Shown: positions 20,721 to 30,640 of the stretch, piece by piece
Layout: the number at the start of each line of letters is the position of its first letter
How positions within the stretch are numbered: position 1 is the stretch's first letter
Assembly: GCA_963840855.1 (NCBI GenBank)
Contig: CAWJBB010000030.1
Location: 160,001-224,000 of the forward strand
Source: an uncultured delta proteobacterium
GTDB lineage: Bacteria > Desulfobacterota > Binatia > UBA9968
Length of the DNA stretch: 64,000 bases
Direction: 5' to 3'
Made by a program: the position numbers and the translations under genes
The notes under the pieces: model-generated
Databases searched by the model: none
Told to the model about the DNA's origin: nothing
Seen by the model: only the letters and a program-made list of their open reading frames with translations

Positions 20721-22250
20721 ATGCGTAAGGGAACCATGGGAATAAATCGACGTCAGTTCCTTAGGCGAGGCGCCGCTCTCGGCCTAGGCACAGTTATTGG
20801 ATCGGCCCATGCACGTGGGATTTGGGCGGCCTCCAAGGAGCGCGTGGTCATTCTTCAAGGAGTCGGCTTGGATTCGCTGCATCCCTACGGTTATAGCGGC
20901 GGCGGGATTACCGGGATCTGGCAGCACATGATCGAGCCCCTGATCTCGATGGACTACACGCGCAACGAATACGTCGGGGTTCTGGCTGAGTCTTGGGAGT
21001 TTCAAGGCAAGAGATGGGTCTTCCGGCTTCGCAAAGGCATCCGTTTTCACAACGGCTCTCCGTTTACTTCAAAGGATGTCCTTTACTCGTTCCAGCGAAT
21101 GAAAACCGACAAGAGCAGTCTTCAGGGGGCTGATATTGCCGGCGTGGAAGTAGAGACCCCGGACGATCACACGGTGGTGTTGACGACTAAGAATGCAAGC
21201 GCAATCCTGCTCGACCGGCTCGACACTCGTTTCATTACGAGCAAGGCGGCCGCGGACAAGTATGGCGATCAAGTGGACAATAATCCGATCGGCACGGGGC
21301 CTTACAAATTCGTCAGCTGGCAGCGCGGCGGAAATTTGGCAATGGTGCGCAATGAGGACTATTGGGGGTCTAAGGCGGAGATTAAGGAAGCGGTCTTGAA
21401 AGGCGTGAAGGAGGAAGCAGCGCGAGTGGCGGGTCTCCTGGCCGGCCAGGGAGACGTGATTAGTAACCTCCCGATTGAAGAAATCGAGCGCGTGGACAAT
21501 CACCCGCGGATCCGGGTTGAAAGGGTGCCGGGATTCAGGATGTATTTTTTGGCCATGAACGTGACGTTCAAACCTTTCGGCAACAAGCTCGTGCGGCAGG
21601 CTTTCAATTACGCGGTGGATCCCGCCGTTATCATGAAACACATTTTTGACGGCAACGGCACCGTCCTCAACGGCCCGTTGAGTTCAAACATGATCGGCTA
21701 CGACCCTAACGTCAAGCGTTATCCTTACGATCCGAAAAAGTCGCGTGAGCTGCTGGCGCAAGCCGGTTATTCCGGTGGGCTGGAGGTGAAGCTCCATTAC
21801 GCCCCGGACCGCCATCTCAAAGGCAAAGAGGTTTGCCAGGTGCTTGCCAGTCAGCTGGCGAAAGCCGGCGTCAAAGTGGAACTGGTCTCGCAGGAGTACG
21901 CGGTCTATTGGGGAAAGGACGGGGTCAATGGCGGGAAGACCGCCTTCTATTATGCCGGGCGGACGGCGAGCGATGCCGACACGCTGTACGATCAATACTT
22001 CCACACCGGCATGAGCAAGCGCATCGGCTACAGCAACCCGGATTTCGACAAGCTAATTGAAGAGGAGCAGCAAACCGGCAATCACAAAAAGCGCATAGCG
22101 CTATTGCAACAGGCGGGGCGCATACTCATGGAGGATGCGCCTTTTGTTCCGCTCTACACCTTATCAGAGATTTACGGCCTGGCGAGAAATATACTCTGGA
22201 GAGGCACGCCGGATAATCGGATTCTCGCGGCTGAAATGAAAATCAAGTAG
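20721..22250 (+). CDS. ABC transporter substrate-binding protein, family 5 (peptide/nickel), Tat-exported
   Basis: NRRQFL Tat motif; LAESWE..FRLRKGIRFHNG; PIGTGPYKF; VRQAFNYAVD. Confidence 0.9.
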   Translation: MRKGTMGINRRQFLRRGAALGLGTVIGSAHARGIWAASKERVVILQGVGLDSLHPYGYSGGGITGIWQHMIEPLISMDYTRNEYVGVLAESWEFQGKRWVFRLRKGIRFHNGSPFTSKDVLYSFQRMKTDKSSLQGADIAGVEVETPDDHTVVLTTKNASAILLDRLDTRFITSKAAADKYGDQVDNNPIGTGPYKFVSWQRGGNLAMVRNEDYWGSKAEIKEAVLKGVKEEAARVAGLLAGQGDVISNLPIEEIERVDNHPRIRVERVPGFRMYFLAMNVTFKPFGNKLVRQAFNYAVDPAVIMKHIFDGNGTVLNGPLSSNMIGYDPNVKRYPYDPKKSRELLAQAGYSGGLEVKLHYAPDRHLKGKEVCQVLASQLAKAGVKVELVSQEYAVYWGKDGVNGGKTAFYYAGRTASDADTLYDQYFHTGMSKRIGYSNPDFDKLIEEEQQTGNHKKRIALLQQAGRILMEDAPFVPLYTLSEIYGLARNILWRGTPDNRILAAEMKIK

Positions 22251-22356
22251 AAGCGCGGTGGTTGCAACTTTCGATACTGCTCAACGCAAAAGTATACAGC
22301 CCGCAAAATGCGAGCCGGAGCGCCAACCAAAGACGATGGTAGTAGCTTATTTTCGA

Positions 22357-22451
22357 CAAGATCCCTCACTTCGTTCGGGATGACAATTTGCCCTGCTTGT
22401 CATTTCGAGCCCTTCGACTAAGCTCAGGGTAAACTCCGCGAGAAATCTTTC
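22357..22451. repeat. REP-like hairpin with nested CCCTTCGAC-N3-GCTCAGGG module
   Basis: AGATCCCTC...GGGATGACAA...TTGTCATTTCGAG[CCCTTCGACTAAGCTCAGGG]...GAGAAATCT. Confidence 0.6.
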
Positions 22452-22586
22452 TTGCTTTCCCGACACCGGCGCGACTGCTAAGTGAACCCTGCCGCCACGC
22501 TATACGGTTTGACAAACCAATGGGCACGGCCCTAAGAATACGAGAAGCTTAGCGACGCTGCGAATTTTATCACTAGAGGCTCTTAT

Positions 22587-23867
22587 ATGCCGCTGACTTT
22601 GGCGAATCACCCCGTCACGAAGATCGACTTCGGAACTCCGACCCGACTCGATGGGACGGTGCTGGTTATCGATCGTGAGGAACTTCGCCGGCTGGTGCTC
22701 GACGACCGTTCTTTTACAGGCGTCGATTTTCAGATCATCGGCGCCGGCGATAAGTGCCGCGCCGGGCCGATCTTCGACATCGTCGAACCAAGAGCGAAAG
22801 CTCCCGGTTCAGGCGCCGATTTTCCCGGCATCTTGGGTCCGCCCGTAACCGCTGGAGCGGGGACGACCCATGTGCTCAACGGAGCGGCGCTCACAGTTTT
22901 GTCGGAGAGACTGCCGGGAGCGGAGCGAAGCGAAACCGGCCGCCTGCTGGAAATGACCGGCGCGGCGGGGGATGCGAGCGATTACTCCTCGCTAAGACAT
23001 CTGGTGATGATTCCGCACACGCAATCGGCATTGCCGTGGCCGGCGATGCTGAAAGCGTATCGCATCGCGAGCCTGAAAGTCTCCGTACACCTGGCTCGCG
23101 CGGCGCTGAATCACCCCCCGGTATCCGTGCAGACCTTCGATGCTGTTGGCCCCGTGGAGCCGGGACGCGAGGGGCTTTTCCGCGTCGCCTACGTCGGCCA
23201 GATTTTTTCGCGCCAGCGCAAACCCGAGGTGGATGAACCGATTCTCTATGGCGCCAACACGGACGGAATGTTGCCCATGGTTCTCCACCCCGACGAATGG
23301 CTCGACGGCGCGATCGTTCCGTCGTTCCATTCCTGGATGGGCAACACCGACACTTACTTCTATCAGAATCATCCTGTCGTCTTGGACCTTTACCGCCGCC
23401 ACCAGGCGCGAGAGCTTAATTTCGTCGGGACGGTGGTGACAATCGCGGGGGCCAACCATTTTGACCGCGAGCGTAACTGTCGAGTGGCGGCGCATCTGGT
23501 GAAGTGGAATCTGCGGGCCGATGGCGCGGTTCTGACCAAGTATGGTGGCGGATTGCCCCACGCGGACCTGGCGGAAACGGCGCGGCTGTTGGAAGTCACG
23601 GGAATCCGAACCGCAGTCATGGTTACTGACACGTCCCGAGACCGTCGGGTGGAGTCGGCATTGCTTTTTAACACGCCGGAAGTGAATGCCATTGTTTACA
23701 ACGGTGGCAACGGCACCCGATGGGAAGTTCCAATGGTGGATCGGATCATCGCGCCGACCCCCGAGTTGCGTGAATTGCTCGCCGGTCCATTAGTTGTCGC
23801 AGCGTCGGACATCGCCGGCGTTACGAATCAGCAAGGGGCATCAAAAATGAGAGCAATGGTCTATTGA
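22587..23867 (+). CDS. grdE: Glycine/sarcosine/betaine reductase component B alpha/beta proprotein (GrdE/GrdI-like)
   Basis: DIVEPRAK, FPGILG..AGAGTTHVL, LHPDEWLDGAI, TYFYQNHPVVLDLY, ADGAVLTKYGGG. Confidence 0.8.
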   Translation: MPLTLANHPVTKIDFGTPTRLDGTVLVIDREELRRLVLDDRSFTGVDFQIIGAGDKCRAGPIFDIVEPRAKAPGSGADFPGILGPPVTAGAGTTHVLNGAALTVLSERLPGAERSETGRLLEMTGAAGDASDYSSLRHLVMIPHTQSALPWPAMLKAYRIASLKVSVHLARAALNHPPVSVQTFDAVGPVEPGREGLFRVAYVGQIFSRQRKPEVDEPILYGANTDGMLPMVLHPDEWLDGAIVPSFHSWMGNTDTYFYQNHPVVLDLYRRHQARELNFVGTVVTIAGANHFDRERNCRVAAHLVKWNLRADGAVLTKYGGGLPHADLAETARLLEVTGIRTAVMVTDTSRDRRVESALLFNTPEVNAIVYNGGNGTRWEVPMVDRIIAPTPELRELLAGPLVVAASDIAGVTNQQGASKMRAMVY

Positions 23868-23870
23868 AAT

Positions 23871-23947
23871 AGGCGAGAGGCGGAAGGCGTGAGGGGAGAG
23901 ACGGAAATATTCCCGCATCCCTCACGCCTGTTGCCTCAAGCCTTGTA
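23871..23947. repeat. Inverted heptamer tandem repeats (AGGCNNN)4 ... (GCCTNNN)4
   Basis: AGGCGAG AGGCGGA AGGCGTG AGGGGAG ... CCCTCAC GCCTGTT GCCTCAA GCCTTGT; related arrays at 38279-38312 and 39857-39887. Confidence 0.6.
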
Positions 23948-23962
23948 CCCAAGGAGCCTAAT

Positions 23963-25243
23963 ATGCGCATTGTGCACTACTTGAACCAATTTTTCGGCGG
24001 TATCGGCGCCGAGGAGCACGCGGGCAAGTCATTGGAGATACGCGAGGGCGCGGTGGGACCCGGCCGGCTTATGGAGCAACTTTTAGGCGACGGCGCGCGC
24101 GTCGTCATGACGCTCGTTTGCGGCGACAACTACGCCGTCGAACGCCAGGAGGAGCTGACCGCGGCCGTTTTAGAGAAGGTCAAGGAAACGAATCCGGATT
24201 TGTTCGTCGCCGGGCCCTGCTTCGACGCGGGTCGTTACGGCATGGCGGCCGGCGCGCTGTGCGCGGCCGTTCAATCGACCCTCGGCATTCCCGTTATCAC
24301 CGCGATGAGCGAAGAAAACCCTGGCGCGGATCTCTATCGCGAGGCGCTTTTTATCGTCGACTCGGGCGTCAACGCCGCCAAAATGCGCGACGTGTTGCTC
24401 AAGATGGTGGACCTTGGAAAGAAGCTAGCCGCCAAAAGAGCGGTCGGCCTGCCCGCGGAGGAAGGTTATCTGCGCCGCGGACTTCTGCGCGACCAAATCG
24501 TCGAAGACCGGGCGGCAACGCGGCTCGTCGACATGCTCATGGCGAAATTGCAAGACGAGCCGTTCGAATCCGAGATGTTGCCGACGACTTTTCCACCGGT
24601 TCCCATGCCGTCCGGCGTGAAAGATTTGTCGAAAGCCAAAATCATGCTGATCACTGACGGCGGGCTCGTTCCGAAAGGGAATCCGGATCGGATCTCGGGA
24701 ACCGCCGCGACGCGCTGGGGCGCGTACAACATCGCAGGCGTCGATGATCTGCGCGGCGAAGCATACGAAATCTCCCACGGCGGATACGACACGCGGTTCG
24801 TGCAGGACGATCCCGATCGTTTGGTGCCCCTCGACGCCATGCGCGAGATGGAAACGCGCGGCGTCATCGGTAAACTGCACGAAGAATTTCTCTCAACCTG
24901 CGGGCGATCCAATCCGCTTTCGAATACCCGGCGGCTGGGCAGGGAGATGGCCGAGAAGGTGAAGCGGGAAGGCGTCGATGCGGTGATCCTCACGTCCACT
25001 TGAGGGACGAGCACGCGCAGCGGCGCTGCGATCACGACAGAGTTGGAGAAAGCGGGCATCCCGGTGGTCCAGATCACCTCAGCCCTGCCCATCGCCAAGA
25101 TGGTGGGTTCGAACCGCGTCGTTTTGGGCAACGGCATCGTGCATGTCACCGGCGACGCCAAGCTGCCACCCGAAGATGAGAAGAAGCTGCGGCGCGAGTT
25201 GGTGCAAAAAGCGCTGGACGCGCTCCAGTCGAACGACAAATAA
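23963..25243 (+). CDS. grdB: Glycine/sarcosine/betaine reductase selenoprotein B (GrdB family); UGA 25001-25003 = selenocysteine
   Basis: MRIVHYLNQFFGGIG, CGDNY, AGRYG, GGLVPKGNPD, HGGYD, VDAVILTST-U-GTSTRSGA...ELEKAGIP...VGSNR continues in the same frame after TGA. Confidence 0.9.
25001..25040 (+). promoter_or_regulatory. Putative bacterial SECIS hairpin
   Basis: CGCAGC-GGC-GCTGCG stem-loop (25016-25030) with a G-containing loop, just 3' of the in-frame UGA. Confidence 0.55.
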
Positions 25244-25375
25244 GCGCCCCCGGCGAGCATGGCGGTGAAATCCTGAGGCGCTTGCTGTTGACGAGGAACG
25301 CCACTGACCCGCAACGCCTTGACTCAGCCATCGAAATACATCCAATCCATTCTCTTCTAACGCGTACAGACGGCT

Positions 25376-25885
25376 GTGAGTACGACGATTCACGTCAGAA
25401 CTGTCTCTTCCAAAAAAGCTCTGGCAAGGGCCTTCGCCATTCGCGTCCGTGTTTTCGTTAAAGAGCAGGGCGTGCCGGAAGAGATTGAATTGGATCGTGA
25501 CGATGAGCGGGCGACGCATTTCTTGGCTGTCCAATCCGGCAAAGCTGTGGGTACGGCCCGCGTGGTCATGCGACGGAGCAGCGCCAAGATCGGACGAATG
25601 GCGGTGCTGAAAAGCCATCGGCGCAAAGGGGTGGGGAAAAGGCTATTGAAGCGGGCCGTGCAGAAGGCGCGTCAGTCAGGCGCGAAGAAGATTTACCTGC
25701 ACGCGCAAGTGGCGGTGATCGATTTCTATGAGAATTTAAACTTTCGTTGCGTCGGCCCGGTTTTCGATGAAGCGGGGATTTCGCATCGGAAGATGGTCCT
25801 TGAAGAAGAAATTCAACCGCTAAAGAGCGCAAAGAAGAGAGGACTCACCACGAAGGCACGAAGTTCACGAAGTTTAAGAGAATAA
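25376..25885 (+). CDS. GNAT family N-acetyltransferase (ElaA/YjcF-like)
   Basis: IRVRVFVKEQGVP..ELD, AKIGRMAVL..HRRKGVG, LHAQ...FYE, FDEAGISHRKM. Confidence 0.9.
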   Translation: MSTTIHVRTVSSKKALARAFAIRVRVFVKEQGVPEEIELDRDDERATHFLAVQSGKAVGTARVVMRRSSAKIGRMAVLKSHRRKGVGKRLLKRAVQKARQSGAKKIYLHAQVAVIDFYENLNFRCVGPVFDEAGISHRKMVLEEEIQPLKSAKKRGLTTKARSSRSLRE

Positions 25886-25952
25886 ATATCCGAGCCCTTT
25901 GTGACCTTCGTGCCTCTTTGAAAATACGGGGCGTGAGGATGAGCTTTAGAAT

Positions 25953-26062
25953 TGTAGCCTGGATGGAGCGAAGCAGAATCCAGGAAGGTGGCGTGGCGTG
26001 GCAGAGGCAACGGTGCGCGTGAATGAAGAAACCCGGATTACGCTTTGCTCCATCCGGGCTAC
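25953..26062. repeat. GTAG-type REP doublet
   Basis: GTAGCCTGGATGGAGCGAAGCAGAATCCAGG ... CCCGGATTACGCTTTGCTCCATCCGGGCTAC. Confidence 0.7.
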
Positions 26063-26267
26063 GAAGGAGAATCCTCCATTTTCATGATCTGTGGGCGAGC
26101 GTAAGATCACGAATCACTTCGGGGTGAATCCTAATTTTGAACGTTTTGAACGATTGAAACGTTTGGAACGACTGGAACACGCGCAGCGTGTTCATTATTG
26201 CGCCTTCGTGCCAATACCGAATCGTTTTGTGAAATCGGCAACACAAGATTTGCGCAAGCTGCGCGAA

Positions 26268-27005
26268 CTAGGTCGGTTTCGATACTAACACCATCGGACC
26301 GGTCGGCGCCGCCGTCGTGCCGACTGGCTCGAGGGTGACGGCGAACGTTTGTATGGGTTTGTCGCTCGGAGCCGCGTTAATATGCACCCCGCCCGAGCCT
26401 TTGGCGTCGGTGCGGATACTCGCGACGTAGCGCGGGGACGACTCTTGAGCGATGGTCCAGACGGCGTACATCTTGCCCTCCGGCGCCGCGGGAAGATTGG
26501 TTACGAAGATATGACCTTCGCCGGATTCATTCCAGAGAAATCGACCCGCTGCTTTCGGTGTGGGACCGGTCCCATAAAGCGGGAAATCTCGGGTAGCGGG
26601 GTCGCGCAAGAGATTTATAACTGATGTGTATAGCGTGTGGCGCGGTTCGTAGCGTTTGGTAATCAATGTACCTGCCAGAACCGCGCCGACAATACCGGCA
26701 GCCAAAGTTCCCGTGATGACTTGCCAGCGTCTCCAAGTCGATCGCGGCTTCCGAGGGAGCGAAACGACCTTCTCGCTAGCGATGTTGTGGAAAAGACGAG
26801 TTTTGACAGACGCCGACGGTGTCATTGGAGTGATGGAGCGATGCAAGATCAATAGGGCTTCGCGGGTCTCACGGACGTACGCTTCACAGATGGGACAGCC
26901 GGAGGCCAGATGAGCTTCGAATTCCTTCAGCTCCTTCTCATCGAGGGCGCCGAGAGCATAGAACTCACTGCGTTCAAGCCATTCTTCGTGGGCTGTTGCC
27001 ATCAT
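26268..27005 (-). CDS. Anti-sigma factor, RskA family (copy 1)
   Basis: YALGALD..E...FEAHLASGCPICE; TM helix; NLPAAPEGKMYAVW; FAVTLEP.G..APTGPMVL. Confidence 0.88.
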   Translation of the reverse strand: MMATAHEEWLERSEFYALGALDEKELKEFEAHLASGCPICEAYVRETREALLILHRSITPMTPSASVKTRLFHNIASEKVVSLPRKPRSTWRRWQVITGTLAAGIVGAVLAGTLITKRYEPRHTLYTSVINLLRDPATRDFPLYGTGPTPKAAGRFLWNESGEGHIFVTNLPAAPEGKMYAVWTIAQESSPRYVASIRTDAKGSGGVHINAAPSDKPIQTFAVTLEPVGTTAAPTGPMVLVSKPT

Positions 27006-27562
27006 GCCAACTGTGTCCCGAGGATCTCTCTTAATTTCTGAATGCCGGAGCGCATCCGGGTCTTGACAGTCCCCAAAGGCTCCGCCAACCGATCAGCGAT
27101 CTCGTTCTGCGTTAAGCCGTCAAAGTAGGCCAGCTCCAGCACTTTACGTTGCGGGTCTGGCAGATTCGCTAGAGCGCTGTTCATTGTCAGCCTGGTTTCC
27201 GATTCTGCTGCCGAAGACTCCACGTTCTCAGGGGATTCCGCTCGCGCAGGGTCGTCGGTGTGCACAAAGCTCTTTTGCATTCTACGAATAGAACGTATTT
27301 TGTCGATGGCTCGGCTACGCGCAATGTTTATGATCCATGCTTCCGGGCTGCCACGCTCCGCGCTGTAGTTTTGCGCCTGACGCCAAACTTGGACAAAAAC
27401 CTCTTGAAGTAGATCCTCGGCGTCGGAGCGAGCCTTCAGCATCCGCATAGCGAGGGTAAAGACTAGGGTCGAGAAGCGATCGTAAAGCTGGCTGAAGGCG
27501 TCACGATCCTGCTTCGCGACTTGTTGAATAAGATGGAGGGCGATTGTTGGGTTGGGAGGCAC
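27002..27562 (-). CDS. ECF RNA polymerase sigma factor (SigK-like), copy 1
   Basis: AFSQLYDRF, AEDLLQEVFVQVW, LAYFDGLTQNEIA..L..PLGTVKTRMR. Confidence 0.92.
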   Translation of the reverse strand: MPPNPTIALHLIQQVAKQDRDAFSQLYDRFSTLVFTLAMRMLKARSDAEDLLQEVFVQVWRQAQNYSAERGSPEAWIINIARSRAIDKIRSIRRMQKSFVHTDDPARAESPENVESSAAESETRLTMNSALANLPDPQRKVLELAYFDGLTQNEIADRLAEPLGTVKTRMRSGIQKLREILGTQLA

Positions 27563-27748
27563 CGGTATCTCCTAAACAATCGTCTCGCTTTGCACAGGGG
27601 TCATGAGCAGCATAACAGAACCTTCCTCAGTTCACTGATGAATGCTGCGGTAGACTAGCAATTCTTCGTAAACCAAGGTCCGTCACCTAAACAAGCGGAA
27701 AAAATCTTAGCTCAACGCCGCTTCACTATGCAAACCAACTCTATACTT

Positions 27749-27776
27749 ATTACGAGTGCGATGAGGATTTGGATTT
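27749..27776 (-). promoter_or_regulatory. ECF promoter (-35 AAATCC / -10 CGTAAT) upstream of sigma copy 1
   Basis: Minus strand AAATCC-N16-CGTAAT; same motif recurs at 29871-29899 and 29950-29976. Confidence 0.65.
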
Positions 27777-27903
27777 ACACTTAAGAATTTTTCTTGAGAA
27801 TCTGGATTAGGCATGGCCCGCGACTCGGTTTGGAGAAAAATGTAGTGTCGGTGACCTTGAATTTTTCTCCGGCCCAAAGGAACCGAGCTTGGTTTGAAAG
27901 ACG

Positions 27904-28662
27904 TCAAAAGCTCCCAAGGAGATGCATCGGGCCGGTGGGTTTAGGAACGCCGCCTGCGGGCTCAAGGGTAACGGCAAACTTGTCGAAGGACTTTCCTTGA
28001 GGAAGTGAGGGGATCTTTAGTAAGGTGTGGGGTTTGTCTTCAACGGAGAAGGTTCCCGCTGGCACTGGCTCGTCGCCGGCAATGGCCCAGAGTTCATAAA
28101 CCTTATCCGGCGTGTTCTTCGGAAGGCCCATTGTAATAAGGACACCCTTGCCGGTTTCGGGATTCCAAAGCAAATGACCCATAGCGTCCGGGCTTGGCGC
28201 TAGTCCCTTCAGGTGCGCGGATCGAGCGTGGGGATCCGAGAGGAATTGAATGCTCGTTTCATGTAGTATCGACCCGGTTTGGATAGAGGCCACCTCTTTC
28301 TGGAGCCTTTGAAGTTCTTGTCGGGTAGTATACAGACTCCACGTCATAGTCATCAGGAGGCCGGCGGCGGCGAACGCGCCAGCGCTTATGCCCCAAGGGA
28401 ACCATCTCGATCTCGTGCCTTCCCGAATCGATGGCGCAACCTCGGGGTTAATCTGATGAAGCAGCCTGGCCTTGACCTGCTGCGGGGGAACCACGGGCGC
28501 AAGCGATCGCGCGAAAACGGCTAAAGTCTCCCGTGTCTCACGGAGGTGGCCTTCACAGACGCGGCAGCCTGCCAGGTGAGCTTCGAATTGGATGCGCTCA
28601 TCACCGTCAAGGGCACCCAGGCCAAAAATCTCTGCTCGTTCAAGCCATTCTTCGTGTGCCAT
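27904..28662 (-). CDS. Anti-sigma factor, RskA family (copy 2)
   Basis: HEEWLERAE..GLGALD, FEAHLAGCRVCE, TM helix, KVYELW, FAVTLEPAGGVPKPTGPM. Confidence 0.88.
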   Translation of the reverse strand: MAHEEWLERAEIFGLGALDGDERIQFEAHLAGCRVCEGHLRETRETLAVFARSLAPVVPPQQVKARLLHQINPEVAPSIREGTRSRWFPWGISAGAFAAAGLLMTMTWSLYTTRQELQRLQKEVASIQTGSILHETSIQFLSDPHARSAHLKGLAPSPDAMGHLLWNPETGKGVLITMGLPKNTPDKVYELWAIAGDEPVPAGTFSVEDKPHTLLKIPSLPQGKSFDKFAVTLEPAGGVPKPTGPMHLLGSF

Positions 28663-28668
28663 GAGAAT

Positions 28669-29233
28669 TCACGCTGCCCGAGAGCTGACGATCTCCCGAA
28701 GACGTTGAATGCCGGAGCGCATCCTGGTCTTGACTGTACCTAAAGGTTCCGCCAAGCGTTCGGCGATTTCGCTTTGCGTCAAGCCGTCAAAGTAAGCGAG
28801 CTCCAGTACTTTGCGCAGGGCCTCGGGCAAATTCGCCAGTGCGCTGTTCATCGCCAACCTGGCTTCGGACTCCGCTGCCGATGATTCGACATTTTCACCT
28901 GATTCCGCCCGTGCCGGATCGTCGGTCAGCACGAAACTCTTTTCCATTCTCCGGATAGAACGTATTTTGTCGATTGCCCGGCTGCGCGCAATATTAATAA
29001 TCCATGCTTCCGGGCTGCCGCGCTCCGCGCTGTAGTTTTCCGCCTGACGCCAAACTTGGACAAAAACCTCTTGAAGTAAATCCTCGGCGTCGGAACGGAC
29101 CCTCAGCATGCGCATGGCGAGGGAAAAGACAAGGGAAGAACATCGGTCATACAGCTGGCTGAACGCCTCCCGATCTTGCTGGGCGACTTGTTGGATCAGG
29201 TATGCGGCTGGACTTATCGGATTGGGCGCTCAC
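28669..29233 (-). CDS. ECF RNA polymerase sigma factor (SigK-like), copy 2 (indel just after the GTG start)
   Basis: PNPISPAAYLIQQVAQQDREAFSQLYDR...; near-identical to 27002-27562. Confidence 0.88.
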
Positions 29234-29800
29234 TGGATTATCCTTTATAGCAAGCATCTCGTTTTGCGTGGAACTTATCACAAGCATGAGCGCTCCGTCG
29301 TCCGTGCGACTGTCGAGATGGACACTGCCGGCCTCGGCGCGGTGATAATCGCCGGCTTTGAGCAAGCGCCCGGCGATGTAACAACTTCCCTCAATCACGA
29401 ACATCTCCTCAGTGAGGGCGTGGCGATGATCGGTGTAGCGCGCGCCTTTCTGCATGCGCATGAGCGCCGTAACGCGCTTGCGCGTATCATCCATAGCCAG
29501 GACCTTAACGGCAATCCCTGGGGCGATTTCCCGCCACTCGCCTTCTTGGGCGTGGACAAATAGGTGGCCGGGCTTATCCTTATCGATCTCGGCAAAAATA
29601 TGCGTCTTGACCGCGGATGGCGGCGAAAGCTGTTCTAGAGACTCCGAAAGCTGGGCAAACACCTGGGCGGTCTCGCGGACCTTATCCTCACAAAGGGCGC
29701 AGCCTGCCGCAAGGTGAGCCTCAAACTGAGCCAGTTCCTCTCCCTCGAGGGCACTCACGGCGAAGACCTCGGCCCGCGCCAGCCATTCTTCATGTTCCAC
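29147..29800 (-). CDS. ChrR-like anti-sigma factor: ZAS-type N-domain plus cupin (true stop probably ~29245)
   Basis: HEEWLARAE...FEAHLAAGCALCE; WREIAPGI..K.L; HRHALTEEMFVIEG; GDYHRAEAGSVH; no TM helix. Confidence 0.8.
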   Translation of the reverse strand: MEHEEWLARAEVFAVSALEGEELAQFEAHLAAGCALCEDKVRETAQVFAQLSESLEQLSPPSAVKTHIFAEIDKDKPGHLFVHAQEGEWREIAPGIAVKVLAMDDTRKRVTALMRMQKGARYTDHRHALTEEMFVIEGSCYIAGRLLKAGDYHRAEAGSVHLDSRTDDGALMLVISSTQNEMLAIKDNPVSAQSDKSSRIPDPTSRPARSGGVQPAV

Positions 29801-29870
29801 GACGATTCACCTATCGCAGCGGCAAAATTCTAGCCCAGCGCCAACCGCAGTGCAAACAACTCCTATACAC

Positions 29871-29976
29871 ATTACGAACGGGGGCTTGGATTCGGATTTA
29901 CTCCGACAAAAATTAATTTGCCGGGCCCGTGTCTTTTTTCCTGATCTGGCAATCCGAGCTCACGACTTCCGCCGTA
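29871..29976. promoter_or_regulatory. Divergent pair of ECF promoters
   Basis: Minus strand AAATCC-N17-CGTAAT (29899-29871); plus strand CAATCC-N17-CGTA (29950-29976). Confidence 0.65.
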
Positions 29977-30031
29977 TATGAATGCAGAGATTACCTCTAA
30001 TTCGACTCAACGAGAGCAAAAAGGAAACGGC

Positions 30032-30436
30032 ATGAAACGATATGGGGCGAGTTTTGCGATCATAACTGCAGCGATTCTACTCGGAAGCTTACCGCTACCC
30101 GCGCATAACGGTCATGATCATGGTCGGAAAAACAGCCCCGCCAACACCGCGCGAGACGGGATTGCGCTTGCGCAATCCGGAGCGCAGTCAAGCGTCGCGA
30201 TCAAGCTATTTCAGTACCAGCCCGGGCGAGTGCAACTGGCGCCGGGGACAACGGTAACCTGGGTAAATGAAGACGATATCTTTCATTCTGTCACCGCGGA
30301 TAAAGGGGACCCTGGATTCGACGCGCCCTTGGACGGCAAAGGGAAGAGCTTCAGCTTCACTTTCTCCCAGCCGGGAATTTACGCCTACCATTGTGAACGC
30401 CACGAACACATGCGCGGCGAGATCGATGTTCGATAA
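30032..30436 (+). CDS. Secreted plastocyanin/amicyanin-like cupredoxin
   Basis: Signal peptide; GTTVTWVN.D...HSVT; YHCERHEHMRG type-1 copper ligands. Confidence 0.88.
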   Translation: MKRYGASFAIITAAILLGSLPLPAHNGHDHGRKNSPANTARDGIALAQSGAQSSVAIKLFQYQPGRVQLAPGTTVTWVNEDDIFHSVTADKGDPGFDAPLDGKGKSFSFTFSQPGIYAYHCERHEHMRGEIDVR

Positions 30437-30437
30437 T

Positions 30438-30578
30438 GTGGTGTCTCAAATCCGCGTCATTCCGGCCGAGTCTGCGAGAGCCGGAATCCAGGACAATCAA
30501 GACAATCTGGATTCCCGCCTGCGCGGGAATGACGAGTAAAGGAGTGCCGGCTTTTTAAAAGGACCTCTGAGACATCAC
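30438..30578. repeat. MITE-like shell enclosing a GTCATTCC-type REP hairpin
   Basis: Inverted repeats GTGGTGTCTCA / TGAGACATCAC around GTCATTCCGG...GGAATCCAG...CTGGATTCCCGCCTGCGCGGGAATGAC. Confidence 0.65.
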
Positions 30579-30640
30579 GCTAGCAAGTCGATGATCAACA
30601 AAGGCAAAGGAAGTTTCCCAATCAGAAGGAGGAGCAAGAA

